From: Candidatus Latescibacterota bacterium
Lineage (GTDB): Bacteria; Latescibacterota; UBA2968
DNA: 64,000 nucleotides
NCBI GenBank assembly: GCA_965116885.1
Contig: OZ220741.1
Location: 5,440,001-5,504,000 of the forward strand
Reading direction: 5' to 3'
Part shown: piece by piece, positions 10,785 to 21,117 of the stretch
Numbering within the stretch: the stretch's first letter is position 1
How the letters are laid out: each line of letters begins with the position of its first letter
Made by a program: the position numbers and the translations under genes
The notes under the pieces: model-generated
Told to the model about the DNA's origin: nothing
What the model saw: only the letters and a program-made list of their open reading frames with translations
The model's database searches: none

Positions 10785-13582
10785 AAAGCGCGTACAAACC
10801 CCAGGATATCGAAAACGCCCGGCAAAATCTATCTCGCTACAGTTGGGCGCAGGAAATCGTGAATGGCTGGGCGCAAAGCGTCGCATTTGCCATGCAGCAA
10901 GATCGGGCGTTTTTCGACACAATGATCCCCGAATTGACCCCCGGCACGCATTACGGTCAGAACTGTCCGAACTGTGTGGGCAAGCAATCGCTAATGGGCG
11001 GCGGACTCTTTGACTGGCACATTGACAGCCCGGATGAGATTACCTGTCGCGCCTGTGGCGCAGTTTACCCCAACGCGCAGTACCCAGAGACCGGCGTACT
11101 GGTATGCCCGCGGATGGGTCAACAGTTCACCTATTACGAAACACCTGAAGAAGTGGCCGATCCAGAAAATCGCGCAAAACACGCGCTCAAATGGCTGGGG
11201 GACCGCCCCACAATGACGAGTTTTAGCGGTCATATTCGAGATCGCAAAACAGGCTGGGCGCGAAGCCAAGCATTGACACTCGCCAAGCTGTACGCAGTAA
11301 CAGATGAAATTGGATACGCGGAACGCGCAGTGTGGATCCTCGACCGAGTCGCCCGGGTATTCCCGAATTACCTCTACCATTCCTATGACGGAAGTATTGC
11401 AGACTGGCCACCTGCAGAGGTGGCGGCCAACATGGGCAAAGAAGAGGCCGAAGGTGGCCCTCGTGGGGGACGCTTTCCAAAAGATGCGATCTGCCATGCT
11501 TACGGTTTGCACCAATTTGAGGATTATTCGACACTAAATAACGGATTCTGGGGCGCGGGCCGCATGAATGTCCACGGAAAGGGAAGCGATGCCGGGGCGC
11601 TATTTGTATTAACTGTTGCCTACGATCTAATCCGCAATGCAGAGTACGCGCCTGGTCGCCGATTGCTGGACGGAGATACGGAGCGACGGATAACAGAGGA
11701 CTTAATTCTGGCCGGATGTGCGGACATGATGCACTGGAACTCTCTAAGCAACAAGGGCACAGCGGTTTTCGTACTAAGCGCTGCGGTAGGAACACTTCTG
11801 AATCACCCACAGAAAGTGCGGCACGCGCTGGATGGCTTCAATCGGATGCTGGCAGAACGGTATCATCACGATGGCTTTTACTCGGAATCGCCCGCCTATT
11901 CTGCTCACAACCTTTCCAACGTGCATGAACTGGCCGACCTGCTACACGGATATAGCGACCCCCCTGATTATCAGCCAGAAGAAGGCGAGCGGATCGAGCA
12001 GTTAGACATGTTTTCAAGCGGCCGTTACCCCCTCTCTCTACTATCTCTAACAAAAATGCTCGCACCCGGCAACCGCATGCCAATAATTGGAGATACGAAG
12101 TATGATACCGAAGCAAATCTCCTCGCCGCTGAAATCCTCGCCGCTCGCCTCGGTGGTGCGTATGCTGGCTTGCTGGAACTCATTCAGGGAGCGCCTTTAT
12201 CCAAAAAAGGCGGAGAATACGCGCTCTGGTACCGTCCTTATGATCTACGGGCAGAGACAGCGACACTACCCCTGCATACCGAGTGGTTCCCCGGCTGGCA
12301 TGTGGGCGTCTTGCGCGGCGGTCGAGATGACACCGCGCTTTATTTAAACGGCAATGAGCACCAGTGGACCTTGCAAACCAGTCACCGGCAGCAAGATATC
12401 TTAAGCCTGAGCTATTACGCTTATGGGGAGGAACTCGCCTCGGACCGCGGTTATTTTTCCGGCAGCAGCCAGCAACTCCCAGACGGCCGCAGCGGGCAGG
12501 TCTGGGTGAAAAGCAGTCTATCGCACAACCTGGTAGTAGTCGATGAGGAAGAGCAAAACAACACGGCTTGCGGTTCCAACCTGGAATTATTTGGCACAGC
12601 ACCAGGCATTGAAGTCGTACAGGCCTCGGGCGTGAATGTGTACCCCCAGTGCCGAGAATATCGGCGCACCTGCGCGATGGTGACAACGCCGCAGGGACAA
12701 ACCTATAGTGTGGATTTTTTTCGGACCAAAGGCGGGCGGATCCATCAATACAATTTCCACTGCAATGGCTCACCAATGGGTATGAACCCGACAACGCCAT
12801 CGCCGCAGACAGTAGCTCTGGGAGACACCTGGGATATGTGGCTCGAAAATCCTCAGGCGATTGCGCCCCAGGGACCGACCACATTTACATGGCAATTTCG
12901 GAATGTGAATCTGGATCTGATGTTGTTAAATGCACCAGACCGCATTATTCTCGCAGATGCGCCTGGCTGGCGGGTTGGAACACCTGAGGAATTGGAAAAA
13001 CCATCAATCAGACAAATTTTCGCGGAGAACCGCGCTGGGGATGGCAATGAGACACTTGCAAGCCAGTACGCCGCCGTAATTGCGCCCTACGAAACTGGAG
13101 CATCTCCACTACTTAGCGCGCGATTGCTCGCAGATGACCCAGACGCCGGTGTTCTCGCAATTGAAGTAAAACTACCGGACCGCACCGATTATATTATTTC
13201 AACGAAAGACCAACAAGAGCGACAATTCGGCCCCGTAACCGCTGCCGCTCAATTCGCATTTGTATCGGTAAATGATCAAGGCGTACAGGGCTATTTGCTG
13301 AACGGCACAGTATTGTCGTGTGGCAATCTAAAAATTTCACTAACAGAGCCAAGTACCACACTGAAGGTACAGTCGGTAGAGAAAAATGTATTTCATCTCG
13401 CAGAACCATTACAAAACCCACAGGCAGTCATCGGCTCTTATTTACTCGCCGGAGAGTCACCCCAGACCGGTTTTGAAATTGCATCGGCCACAGAAAACGC
13501 GATTACCGTGCGGGACTATCCCGCGATTATTTGCGACAAAATCAGAATCTTAAATTCCGCCTGGGCGCATGTCGCGTCTTAA
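10781..13582 (+). CDS. Heparinase II/III-family polysaccharide lyase-like protein
   Basis: DGFYSESPAYS, H..QDILS, DRGY and SHNLVVVDE; Cys-rich N-terminal segment. Confidence 0.8.
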   Translation: MKSAYKPQDIENARQNLSRYSWAQEIVNGWAQSVAFAMQQDRAFFDTMIPELTPGTHYGQNCPNCVGKQSLMGGGLFDWHIDSPDEITCRACGAVYPNAQYPETGVLVCPRMGQQFTYYETPEEVADPENRAKHALKWLGDRPTMTSFSGHIRDRKTGWARSQALTLAKLYAVTDEIGYAERAVWILDRVARVFPNYLYHSYDGSIADWPPAEVAANMGKEEAEGGPRGGRFPKDAICHAYGLHQFEDYSTLNNGFWGAGRMNVHGKGSDAGALFVLTVAYDLIRNAEYAPGRRLLDGDTERRITEDLILAGCADMMHWNSLSNKGTAVFVLSAAVGTLLNHPQKVRHALDGFNRMLAERYHHDGFYSESPAYSAHNLSNVHELADLLHGYSDPPDYQPEEGERIEQLDMFSSGRYPLSLLSLTKMLAPGNRMPIIGDTKYDTEANLLAAEILAARLGGAYAGLLELIQGAPLSKKGGEYALWYRPYDLRAETATLPLHTEWFPGWHVGVLRGGRDDTALYLNGNEHQWTLQTSHRQQDILSLSYYAYGEELASDRGYFSGSSQQLPDGRSGQVWVKSSLSHNLVVVDEEEQNNTACGSNLELFGTAPGIEVVQASGVNVYPQCREYRRTCAMVTTPQGQTYSVDFFRTKGGRIHQYNFHCNGSPMGMNPTTPSPQTVALGDTWDMWLENPQAIAPQGPTTFTWQFRNVNLDLMLLNAPDRIILADAPGWRVGTPEELEKPSIRQIFAENRAGDGNETLASQYAAVIAPYETGASPLLSARLLADDPDAGVLAIEVKLPDRTDYIISTKDQQERQFGPVTAAAQFAFVSVNDQGVQGYLLNGTVLSCGNLKISLTEPSTTLKVQSVEKNVFHLAEPLQNPQAVIGSYLLAGESPQTGFEIASATENAITVRDYPAIICDKIRILNSAWAHVAS

Positions 13583-13599
13583 AATAGGGAGGGAATCAC

Positions 13600-14640
13600 A
13601 TGCAAATCTTCGATCAATATTCAGATCTCCTGCAGCAGATTGAACAGAAAGGCTATCCATCCCAGGTACTCGGACATACGCCGGATGGGGCACCGCTGGT
13701 ATGTATCAGAACCGGAGGAGAAAAAACACCGGCTATTTTTATCAGCGCGGGCAGTCATTCGACAGAACAGGCCGGAGTCGGAGCGGCAATGGGACTTCTG
13801 GACGTACTCGACACAGAACACCAGGTCTATGTGATACCCACCCGCGATCCAATGGGAATGAACGGATACGCGTACGCGCTGAGCTTGAGCCTCGGCGAAG
13901 AGCCGGAATTAAACTCCGTAGAAGATGTCGAGAAAATTCTGCGAGCACACGGCGAGGTACTCTACGAAGAGGATGAAACAGTAGTCGCAATCATAGGCGA
14001 ATACGGGTATTCGACTAAGGGAATTTTTGGAAAATTCGAGGTGGGAGTTAATTTTATAGAACCGCTCTTTGGACGGCGCATTTTCTTTCCATCAAGCGCC
14101 GAAGGCATTGAAGGCACTGCCCTCTGCCAGCGAGCATATACCCTGATTGTAAGTCCAGAAGGCGAGATATTGCACATCAATCGCTTTCACGATACAGCGT
14201 GGTCGCCCGTGGAACCGCGTTGCACGCGCAATTTAATGGCCGAAATTCAGCCCGGACTGACACTGGACCTCCACGAATACGGAGGAGACGGCTTCTGGTT
14301 CTCCGCCCGTCACCAGCGCAATGCAGATGATGAAATGTGGGAAAAGCGGATGGCAGATGCAATAATTCGAGCAGTTGCCGATTCCGGAGCCAAACTTGCG
14401 CCAGAAGGTTATTCGCCCGGATCGTTTTTTGAAACAGGAGAACGCGGCGTATTCTGGTTGATCGCCCAGGAGCGAGGAGAGGGTCTGAATCTGGCCGATT
14501 ACGGGGCGCATCAATACGGTCCGTCGTTCACAATTGAGACGGGAATGACCATGCAGGGCGGGTATCAGGAGCGCGTGCAAACATCTATGCTGGCAGCGCA
14601 AACCGCGATCTCGGTTTTTGAAGAACGATGGGTTAAATAA
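13600..14640 (+). CDS. M14 zinc carboxypeptidase / deacylase-like protein
   Basis: AGSHSTE (HxxE), DPMG, DLHE and TIET. Confidence 0.7.
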   Translation: MQIFDQYSDLLQQIEQKGYPSQVLGHTPDGAPLVCIRTGGEKTPAIFISAGSHSTEQAGVGAAMGLLDVLDTEHQVYVIPTRDPMGMNGYAYALSLSLGEEPELNSVEDVEKILRAHGEVLYEEDETVVAIIGEYGYSTKGIFGKFEVGVNFIEPLFGRRIFFPSSAEGIEGTALCQRAYTLIVSPEGEILHINRFHDTAWSPVEPRCTRNLMAEIQPGLTLDLHEYGGDGFWFSARHQRNADDEMWEKRMADAIIRAVADSGAKLAPEGYSPGSFFETGERGVFWLIAQERGEGLNLADYGAHQYGPSFTIETGMTMQGGYQERVQTSMLAAQTAISVFEERWVK

Positions 14641-14665
14641 GGCGTTTACATGCTCATGCAGGAGA

Positions 14666-14887
14666 TCACGATTCTGAGATTAATGAACGGAGTGCTTTAT
14701 TTACAGAATTGGAATCGGGGAAATGTTGTTTTACATCTGGGTCTAACATAATAGAACCGTCTTCCTCTGTGAAACAGCGGGTTTCTATTGAGCCATCCTC
14801 TTTTCTTATTTTAACCGTATGCCCTTCACGGTAAGCCTTAAAATGTTTTCCCTGAACCCCGTCAGCGAAATCGTATTCTGATCGCAT
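14666..14887 (-). CDS. BrnA-like antitoxin (orphan)
   Basis: MRSEYDF..G..GKH...LDPDV..FPDS.SVN.ALR.LI pattern. Confidence 0.7.
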   Translation of the reverse strand: MRSEYDFADGVQGKHFKAYREGHTVKIRKEDGSIETRCFTEEDGSIMLDPDVKQHFPDSNSVNKALRSLISES

Positions 14888-14991
14888 GTTCTTGTTTTTT
14901 CTCCATTTTGCTTGATTTATTACATTTGTAATATTTCAATAATAGCCAAATTTCACGCGTACTACAAGAGAAGAAATCTAAAGGACGAATA

Positions 14992-15306
14992 ATGGACAAT
15001 ATCTTCACAGGTATTCCGAAAACTCTGGAAAATGAATTTTTTGAAGTCTTGCTAACGGATAAAAGCCTGAAAATAGAGCGCATTGTCTCACGCGGACATC
15101 GCTCGCCTGCTTCGGGCTGGTACGACCAGGATCAAAACGAATGGGTGATGGTCGTACGCGGTAAAGCCATCATCTCGTATAAAGACGGCTCGTCAGTCCA
15201 CCTCAAAACAGGAGACCATATTCACATACCCGCCCACACCGAGCATCGAGTGGCGTGGACGGATCCCGACAATGATACGATTTGGTTGGCCGTGCATTAC
15301 CCTTGA
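14992..15306 (+). CDS. Cupin domain protein
   Basis: IERIVSRGH, WYDQDQNEWV, HIPAHTEHRVAWT and WLAVHY. Confidence 0.88.
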   Translation: MDNIFTGIPKTLENEFFEVLLTDKSLKIERIVSRGHRSPASGWYDQDQNEWVMVVRGKAIISYKDGSSVHLKTGDHIHIPAHTEHRVAWTDPDNDTIWLAVHYP

Positions 15307-15319
15307 GGGGAACCACGTT

Positions 15320-16636
15320 ATGAATTTAATCCAAAAAGTTGCATTGTGTGTTTTTGTCACGCTTATTGCGTGTGGTGATAAACCCACAGAACCAGAAAAT
15401 GGAGATAATCCCACAGATAGCGGTCTGGATGCACACCGCTTTGATATTACGGAAAATCAGACCAGCGATTTCGGGATGAACACGCCTGGAGGACGCGGGG
15501 GCAGGGTCATTCGGGTGACAAATCTATTGCCGAGTGGACAGGGATCGCTGGATGCGGCACTATCTGCATCGGGACCACGTATTGTAGTATTTGAAGTGGG
15601 AGGGGTAATTGACCTGAACAAAACGCGGTTGAACATCCGCGAGCCGTTTGTAACTGTGGCGGGACAAACCGCACCGAGCCCGGGCATTACCATCATTCGC
15701 GGTGCCATTTTCATTCAGACACACGATGTAATTATGCAACATATTCGCGTGCGACCAGGCGATGCGGGAGAACCCAGGAGAAGTGGATGGGAGCCGGATG
15801 GCATCTCCACAGCGGGTGCTGATGCGTACAATATATTGATCGATCACTGTTCGATTTCATGGGCAGTAGATGAAAATTTGAGCGCGTCTGGTCCAAACAC
15901 CGAGGGACCAGATGCAACTTCCCGTCGCATCGCATTTGTCAATTGCATTATCGCCGAATGCCTGAATGATGCATCCCACAGCAAAGGCCCGCACTCCATG
16001 GGATCGCTGATTCACGACTTCTGCCGGGAGATCGCCATCATCGGCAATTTGTATGCCCACAATGCAAATCGCAACCCGTATTTCAAAGCATTTACAACCG
16101 GGGTGATCGTGAACAATTTGATCTACAACCCGGGATCCCGAGCGATTCAACTGAGTTTTTCAGATGCCGAATTTAGCGACACCAATCTCGTTCCGCAAAA
16201 TGCACGCGTGAGTGTGGTCGGCAATGTCATGATTCACGGAGGAAATACCCGGTCGGGGCTGGCACTGGTATCCTCAAAGGGCGATGCCTACCTCGAGGAT
16301 AATATCGCGCTGAATCGAACCGGTGCTAATGTGCCTTTGACCTCGGGCAATATCCGCATTTTGGAAGAGAAGCCCATCTGGGGCAACATCACGCTATTAC
16401 CCGCATCTGCGGTTGTAGAACATGTGGTGCAAAGCGCTGGTGCGCGTCCAAAAGACCGCGATGAAATAGATCAGCGGATTATACACGAATTTCGCGCGCG
16501 CGAAGGCCGGATGATAGATAGCCAGCAGGAGGTGGGTGGATATCCTCAAATAAAAATAGTCAGACGACCGCTGAATATTCCCGCAGATGTGGATGCGTGG
16601 TTAGCGCGACTGGCAGCAGAGCTTGAAGGACAATAA
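15320..16636 (+). CDS. Pectate lyase (PL1-like) lipoprotein
   Basis: Lipobox LIAC; GGRGGRVIRVTNL, GPRIVVFEVGG, AGQTAPSPGI, IDHCSISWAVDE and RNP. Confidence 0.88.
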   Translation: MNLIQKVALCVFVTLIACGDKPTEPENGDNPTDSGLDAHRFDITENQTSDFGMNTPGGRGGRVIRVTNLLPSGQGSLDAALSASGPRIVVFEVGGVIDLNKTRLNIREPFVTVAGQTAPSPGITIIRGAIFIQTHDVIMQHIRVRPGDAGEPRRSGWEPDGISTAGADAYNILIDHCSISWAVDENLSASGPNTEGPDATSRRIAFVNCIIAECLNDASHSKGPHSMGSLIHDFCREIAIIGNLYAHNANRNPYFKAFTTGVIVNNLIYNPGSRAIQLSFSDAEFSDTNLVPQNARVSVVGNVMIHGGNTRSGLALVSSKGDAYLEDNIALNRTGANVPLTSGNIRILEEKPIWGNITLLPASAVVEHVVQSAGARPKDRDEIDQRIIHEFRAREGRMIDSQQEVGGYPQIKIVRRPLNIPADVDAWLARLAAELEGQ

Positions 16637-16753
16637 CCATTATGACCTCGACGACTTGATTTTCGCAATGGCTCCGGTCCCTGTGCGCTCACGGCCCCGA
16701 TAGAACGGCCGACACCTGTTGGACTTGACCCATTTCGGTGGGACCCTTAATGT

Positions 16754-17053
16754 CTAACGCGATTCACTTGCTTCCTTAAATGCCTTCAGAACCGCGTTGA
16801 TTTGCGTCTGATAATGTGTATAATGCGTGCGATACCAGTTCAAGACTTCCGGTTCCATTCGCAGAGAAATTGGGACGCGCTTTTTTGGATAGACGACCCG
16901 TAACTGTGTCATATCGCAGTCATCAAGCGTGAGGGTATCGGGATCGTCTTTTATTGCATTGTCGATCTCCTCATCTGTCACGCGATCCAAATAATCAAAG
17001 TCTGTCCGCGACTTCTCGTTTTTAGACTTTCGACCAGTAAATCTCTCGTTCAT
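16754..17053 (-). CDS. brnA: BrnA antitoxin
   Basis: TDFDYL..TDEEI..AI..DPD, ISLRMEPEVLNWY and YQTQINAVL; overlaps the upstream toxin gene. Confidence 0.85.
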   Translation of the reverse strand: MNERFTGRKSKNEKSRTDFDYLDRVTDEEIDNAIKDDPDTLTLDDCDMTQLRVVYPKKRVPISLRMEPEVLNWYRTHYTHYQTQINAVLKAFKEASESR

Positions 17054-17288
17054 CTTTTCTTGCCCTCCTTGCTGAAATAAGACGTATGTCATCGCCGCGC
17101 CATGTATAAACGACTGTGATCTCACGTCCTGAAAGCAGTCCGATTGCGAGTTCTCTCTTCTCAGCGCGCACCTGCTTAGATGGAATAATAATATGGAAAT
17201 CGAAGAAAATATTTCGAGCATCTCTGAAGTCAATACGGTGATTTTTGATATTGATTTCGTTCTTATCACTATCCCATTGAAATAACAT
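17022..17288 (-). CDS. brnT: BrnT ribonuclease toxin
   Basis: FQWDSDKNEINIKNHRIDF and VVYTWRGDDIRLISARRARKDER. Confidence 0.9.
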   Translation of the reverse strand: MLFQWDSDKNEINIKNHRIDFRDARNIFFDFHIIIPSKQVRAEKRELAIGLLSGREITVVYTWRGDDIRLISARRARKDEREIYWSKV

Positions 17289-17542
17289 GCAAAGAATACA
17301 CAATATGTATATACAAAAGTCAAGAAAATAATTAAGGAGGTGATATAATGGGCTTTCAAAAAAATTCGCTAACATATTTCTTTTATAGACTGGACCGCAC
17401 TGGCGATACCGGAAGTGTGAACCGCCCCCATAACCTCTTGCCAGACACGCAAAACTTTGGCATCATGAAAAAAGAGAGCGTTGGAATCTGGGTCAAGCCA
17501 GATCTGACAAACAACCATCCTTAAAACAGGAAGGAACTTATC

Positions 17543-17968
17543 ATGCTCAAGCAAATAGTCGGTGCAATTCTCACTATTGTAGGGGTGGCGGTTGCCATCC
17601 ACACCGTAATAGAACCGCTCTATCATGTCTCCACCGACGAGCAGCTATACAGCTCGTTTTGGGGCATCCTGAATCCGTTGATGGTGCTATCAATTATACT
17701 GGGCTTAATATTCGGATACATCCGCAAAAAAGGCGTCGCTGGTGACGATGCGATTACCCGCGAATACCTCGCCGCCAACATCCAGTTCTACGGCCTATTA
17801 TTCGTCGGCATCATGTTCTTCTGGAACTATTTCAACTACTATTATGGCCCTAAATTTACCGCAATCGGAGCCGACACCCAATCACTCGTGTGGATACTCA
17901 TCGACGCCAGCCTCCCGCTACTTTTAGGCGCAATGGGCATATCTTTGCTACGCAGCAGCGACGAGTAA
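17543..17968 (+). CDS. Hypothetical membrane protein (4 TM)
   Basis: Hydrophobic segments, SD AGGAAGG, immediately upstream of crcB. Confidence 0.7.
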   Translation: MLKQIVGAILTIVGVAVAIHTVIEPLYHVSTDEQLYSSFWGILNPLMVLSIILGLIFGYIRKKGVAGDDAITREYLAANIQFYGLLFVGIMFFWNYFNYYYGPKFTAIGADTQSLVWILIDASLPLLLGAMGISLLRSSDE

Positions 17969-17969
17969 A

Positions 17970-18338
17970 GTGGCGCAGTTACTATTCATAGCCGGTGGGG
18001 GTGCTCTGGGAGCCTTATTGCGCTACGGGATGTCCATAAGCATACACATCCTGTTCGGACGCGGCTTTCCCTATGGCACGCTCACGGTCAACGTCACCGG
18101 ATCGATCCTCATGGGACTCCTTTACGTATGCCTGTCTGAATATATGGACATGCCCTGGCGCGATGGCCTGCTAATAGGTCTCCTGGGGGCGTTCACAACT
18201 TTTTCGACCTTTTCCATCGAAACCCTGCACCTGCTGGAAACGAGTCACCCTTTACTCGCATTGCTGAACATCCTATTAAGTGTCACCCTCTGCATTGCGG
18301 GATGCTGGATCGGCATCGCAATCGGGCGCGCACTATAA
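17970..18338 (+). CDS. crcB: Fluoride efflux channel CrcB/FluC
   Basis: GGALGALLRY, FPYGTLTVN and GLLGAFTTFSTF. Confidence 0.95.
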   Translation: MAQLLFIAGGGALGALLRYGMSISIHILFGRGFPYGTLTVNVTGSILMGLLYVCLSEYMDMPWRDGLLIGLLGAFTTFSTFSIETLHLLETSHPLLALLNILLSVTLCIAGCWIGIAIGRAL

Positions 18339-18449
18339 AGGGATTTATCATACTAAAAAAATTAACTCTGAAAGAACACTCTGACCAATGGCGTGTATAA
18401 ACAGCACAGACAGAAGACAGTTACAAACAGTTACACAAAGGAGAATTTC

Positions 18450-19673
18450 ATGGTCAAACGCATCATCGCCATTGGCATCATCTTTTTCTGCATCGCAGTA
18501 GGCTGGATTATTCTGAGTGCCACCACCTACATACGCACTGAGGAACAGGACGACAAACTCAAAAATGCTGTGGGGCAACTCTGGGGCACAGCGCAGACCC
18601 AGAAAGCTCCGCAAATCTACTATCTGGAGCGCGTCACCCATATCGAAACCATCGACGGCAAGTCTGTCTCACGCACAGCAGATGAAAAACACTTCCTGAA
18701 TCTCAAAGCCAGCCGCATTGAAGTTGACCTGTCTCTGGATCACCGGCGCAAAGGCCTGCTGTGGTATTCCACCTATCAGGTGCAATTCGCAGCCTCGTAC
18801 ACCCTGATCAATCCCACCGACCAGAACCGGCACCTGTCCTTCGACCTGGAACTGCCCGCCCCGAATGCAGTGTACGACAACTTCACCTTAACCGTTGACG
18901 GCCAATCCATTGCCGAACTCCCAATCCGCAACGGTCATTTAATCCAACCCATCGAACTATCACCCGGGCAGGAACTCTCCATTGATCTCTCCTATCACTC
19001 CCAGGGCCTGGATCAATGGCGGTACAGTTTTGGGGACCACGTCAATCAGGTATCGGACTTTGAACTGGTGATGCACACGGACTTCGCCGCCATTGACTTT
19101 CCCCAGGACAGCATGTCTCCCACCTCAAGGACCCGCGATGGCGACACCTGGACCCTGACGTGGAAATACAACCATCTCCTCACCGGCATTGATCTGGGAA
19201 TGATCCTCCCTGCCCGTCTCAATCCCGGGCCCTGGGTTGGCAAAGTCGTTGCCGCCGCCCCAATCTCCCTCTTTCTTTTTTTCTTTTTGCTCTTTATCTT
19301 TTCCATAGTGCGCGGCCTCGACCTGCACCCGATGCACTATTTCTTCATCGGTGCCGCCTTCTTCAGTTTTCACCTGCTACTGGCTTATCTGGTTGACCAC
19401 CTGATCATCCACTACGCCTTTGTCCTATCTTCGGCGGTCTCCATTGTCCTCGTCATCTCGTACATGAGACTGGTCCTGGGCACGCGCCTGGCCTTTGTCG
19501 AAATTGGTCTGGGGCAATTTGTCTATCTCGTGCTCTTTTCCTACACCTTTTTCTTTCCCGGCTACACCGGACTGGCCGTCACCCTCTTGTGCATCACAAC
19601 CCTGTTCGCCGCCATGCAATTTACTGGCCGCATTGACTGGAACACAGTATTTAATAAGGGACCATCTCAATGA
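18450..19673 (+). CDS. CreD-like inner membrane protein
   Basis: N-terminal TM, soluble domain, C-terminal TMs with LHPMHY and HLLLAYLVDH. Confidence 0.7.
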   Translation: MVKRIIAIGIIFFCIAVGWIILSATTYIRTEEQDDKLKNAVGQLWGTAQTQKAPQIYYLERVTHIETIDGKSVSRTADEKHFLNLKASRIEVDLSLDHRRKGLLWYSTYQVQFAASYTLINPTDQNRHLSFDLELPAPNAVYDNFTLTVDGQSIAELPIRNGHLIQPIELSPGQELSIDLSYHSQGLDQWRYSFGDHVNQVSDFELVMHTDFAAIDFPQDSMSPTSRTRDGDTWTLTWKYNHLLTGIDLGMILPARLNPGPWVGKVVAAAPISLFLFFFLLFIFSIVRGLDLHPMHYFFIGAAFFSFHLLLAYLVDHLIIHYAFVLSSAVSIVLVISYMRLVLGTRLAFVEIGLGQFVYLVLFSYTFFFPGYTGLAVTLLCITTLFAAMQFTGRIDWNTVFNKGPSQ

Positions 19674-21106
19674 GCATTTCAGTAGAGAAAATCGACCTCA
19701 ACGTTTTGAACATGCACACGCGATTTCCGTTTAAATACGGAATAGCATCGCTCGTGGCATTGCCCCATTTATTTGTGCGAGCGCGAGTCAACGTCGATGG
19801 AAAAACAGAAATTGGACTGGCTGCAGAGGGACTGCCGCCAAAGTGGTTCACCAAAAATCCCGACGCGCCGTTTGAATCTGATCTCGATGAAATGCTCACC
19901 GTTATTCAAAATGCCTGTGATATCGCCCTGCACAGCGATGCGGAAAATTCAGTATTTAATCTCTGGCAAACGATTTATGCCAAACAGAGCGCGTGGGCAA
20001 AAACAACGGCCTATCCACCGCTCCTGTGGTCATTCGGCGTCAGCATGATCGAACGCGCAGTGATCGACGCCTTTTGCAGGGCAAAAGGCGCGACATTTGC
20101 ACAAGCTGTAAAAGAAAATGCATTGGGCATTCGCCTGTCCGACATCCACAGCGAATTGCGCGGCAACGAACCCGGAGACCTCTTGCCACACGCGGCGCGG
20201 CGATCAATCACCGTGCGGCACACCGTGGGCCTCGCCGATCCATTAACCGATAAAGATATCGCAGACGAAGATCGCGTAAATGACGGCCTGCCGCAGTCAT
20301 TGGCCGCAAATATCGAAGCCTATCAATTGACACATCTAAAAATCAAACTGTGCGGCGATGCCGAACAGGACCTTGCTCGTCTTCGGCAAATCGCGGGCCT
20401 GATGCCCGATCAATGCGCCTTCACACTCGACGGCAACGAACAATACACAGAGGTCGAACCCTTTAGAAAACTCTGGAACACCATCCAGGGCGATACCGTA
20501 CTCTCATCTTTCATGGAAGGACTGATCTTTGTCGAGCAACCACTCCATCGCGACATGGCCCTCAGCGCAACCGTCAAAGCCGTATTGACAGATTGGACCG
20601 ACCGCCCCCCGATGATCATCGACGAATCGGACGGCGCGCTCGACAGTGCAACGCAGGCACTCGATTGCGGCTACGTGGGCACGAGCCACAAAAATTGTAA
20701 AGGCATTTTCAAGGGCATTGCCAACGCGTGCTTAATAGCCCATCGCCAACAACACGACCCCTCGGGAACTTATGTCTTAAGCAGTGAAGACCTCGCCAAT
20801 GTCGGCCCCGTGGCTCTGTTACAGGACCTCGCGGTACTGGCTGTATTGGGCGTAGATCACTCAGAGCGCAACGGACATCACTATTTTGCGGGATTGCACA
20901 TGTATCCCGATGCAGTACAGAAACAGGTGATGGCGCATCACAGCACCCTTTATCGCCAACACGCGCGGGGCTTCCCCATTCTAAATGTACACAATGGCAC
21001 CCTCAACGTAGAAAGCGTCGTCGAAGCACCATTTGGTTATGGCTTTGAACTGGACACCCTTCAATTTACCCCCCTTGCGGACTGGACCATAGATGAACTC
21101 GCCTGA
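19670..21106 (+). CDS. Enolase-superfamily (mandelate racemase-like) protein
   Basis: KIKLCG, LDGNE, EQP and IIDESD metal-ligand motifs. Confidence 0.75.
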   Translation: MSISVEKIDLNVLNMHTRFPFKYGIASLVALPHLFVRARVNVDGKTEIGLAAEGLPPKWFTKNPDAPFESDLDEMLTVIQNACDIALHSDAENSVFNLWQTIYAKQSAWAKTTAYPPLLWSFGVSMIERAVIDAFCRAKGATFAQAVKENALGIRLSDIHSELRGNEPGDLLPHAARRSITVRHTVGLADPLTDKDIADEDRVNDGLPQSLAANIEAYQLTHLKIKLCGDAEQDLARLRQIAGLMPDQCAFTLDGNEQYTEVEPFRKLWNTIQGDTVLSSFMEGLIFVEQPLHRDMALSATVKAVLTDWTDRPPMIIDESDGALDSATQALDCGYVGTSHKNCKGIFKGIANACLIAHRQQHDPSGTYVLSSEDLANVGPVALLQDLAVLAVLGVDHSERNGHHYFAGLHMYPDAVQKQVMAHHSTLYRQHARGFPILNVHNGTLNVESVVEAPFGYGFELDTLQFTPLADWTIDELA

Positions 21107-21117
21107 AAGTTAAAACA

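Noticed and set aside
16754..17375. Long ORF-track versions of brnA/brnT (and of glnB, 55003-55554)
   Set aside because: N-terminal extensions overlap neighbouring genes or promoters; homology starts at downstream ATGs.
17380..17970. Fluoride riboswitch upstream of crcB
   Set aside because: A GGCGAT is present near 17402, but the GATGG..GCTRATGRC core and pseudoknot are not.
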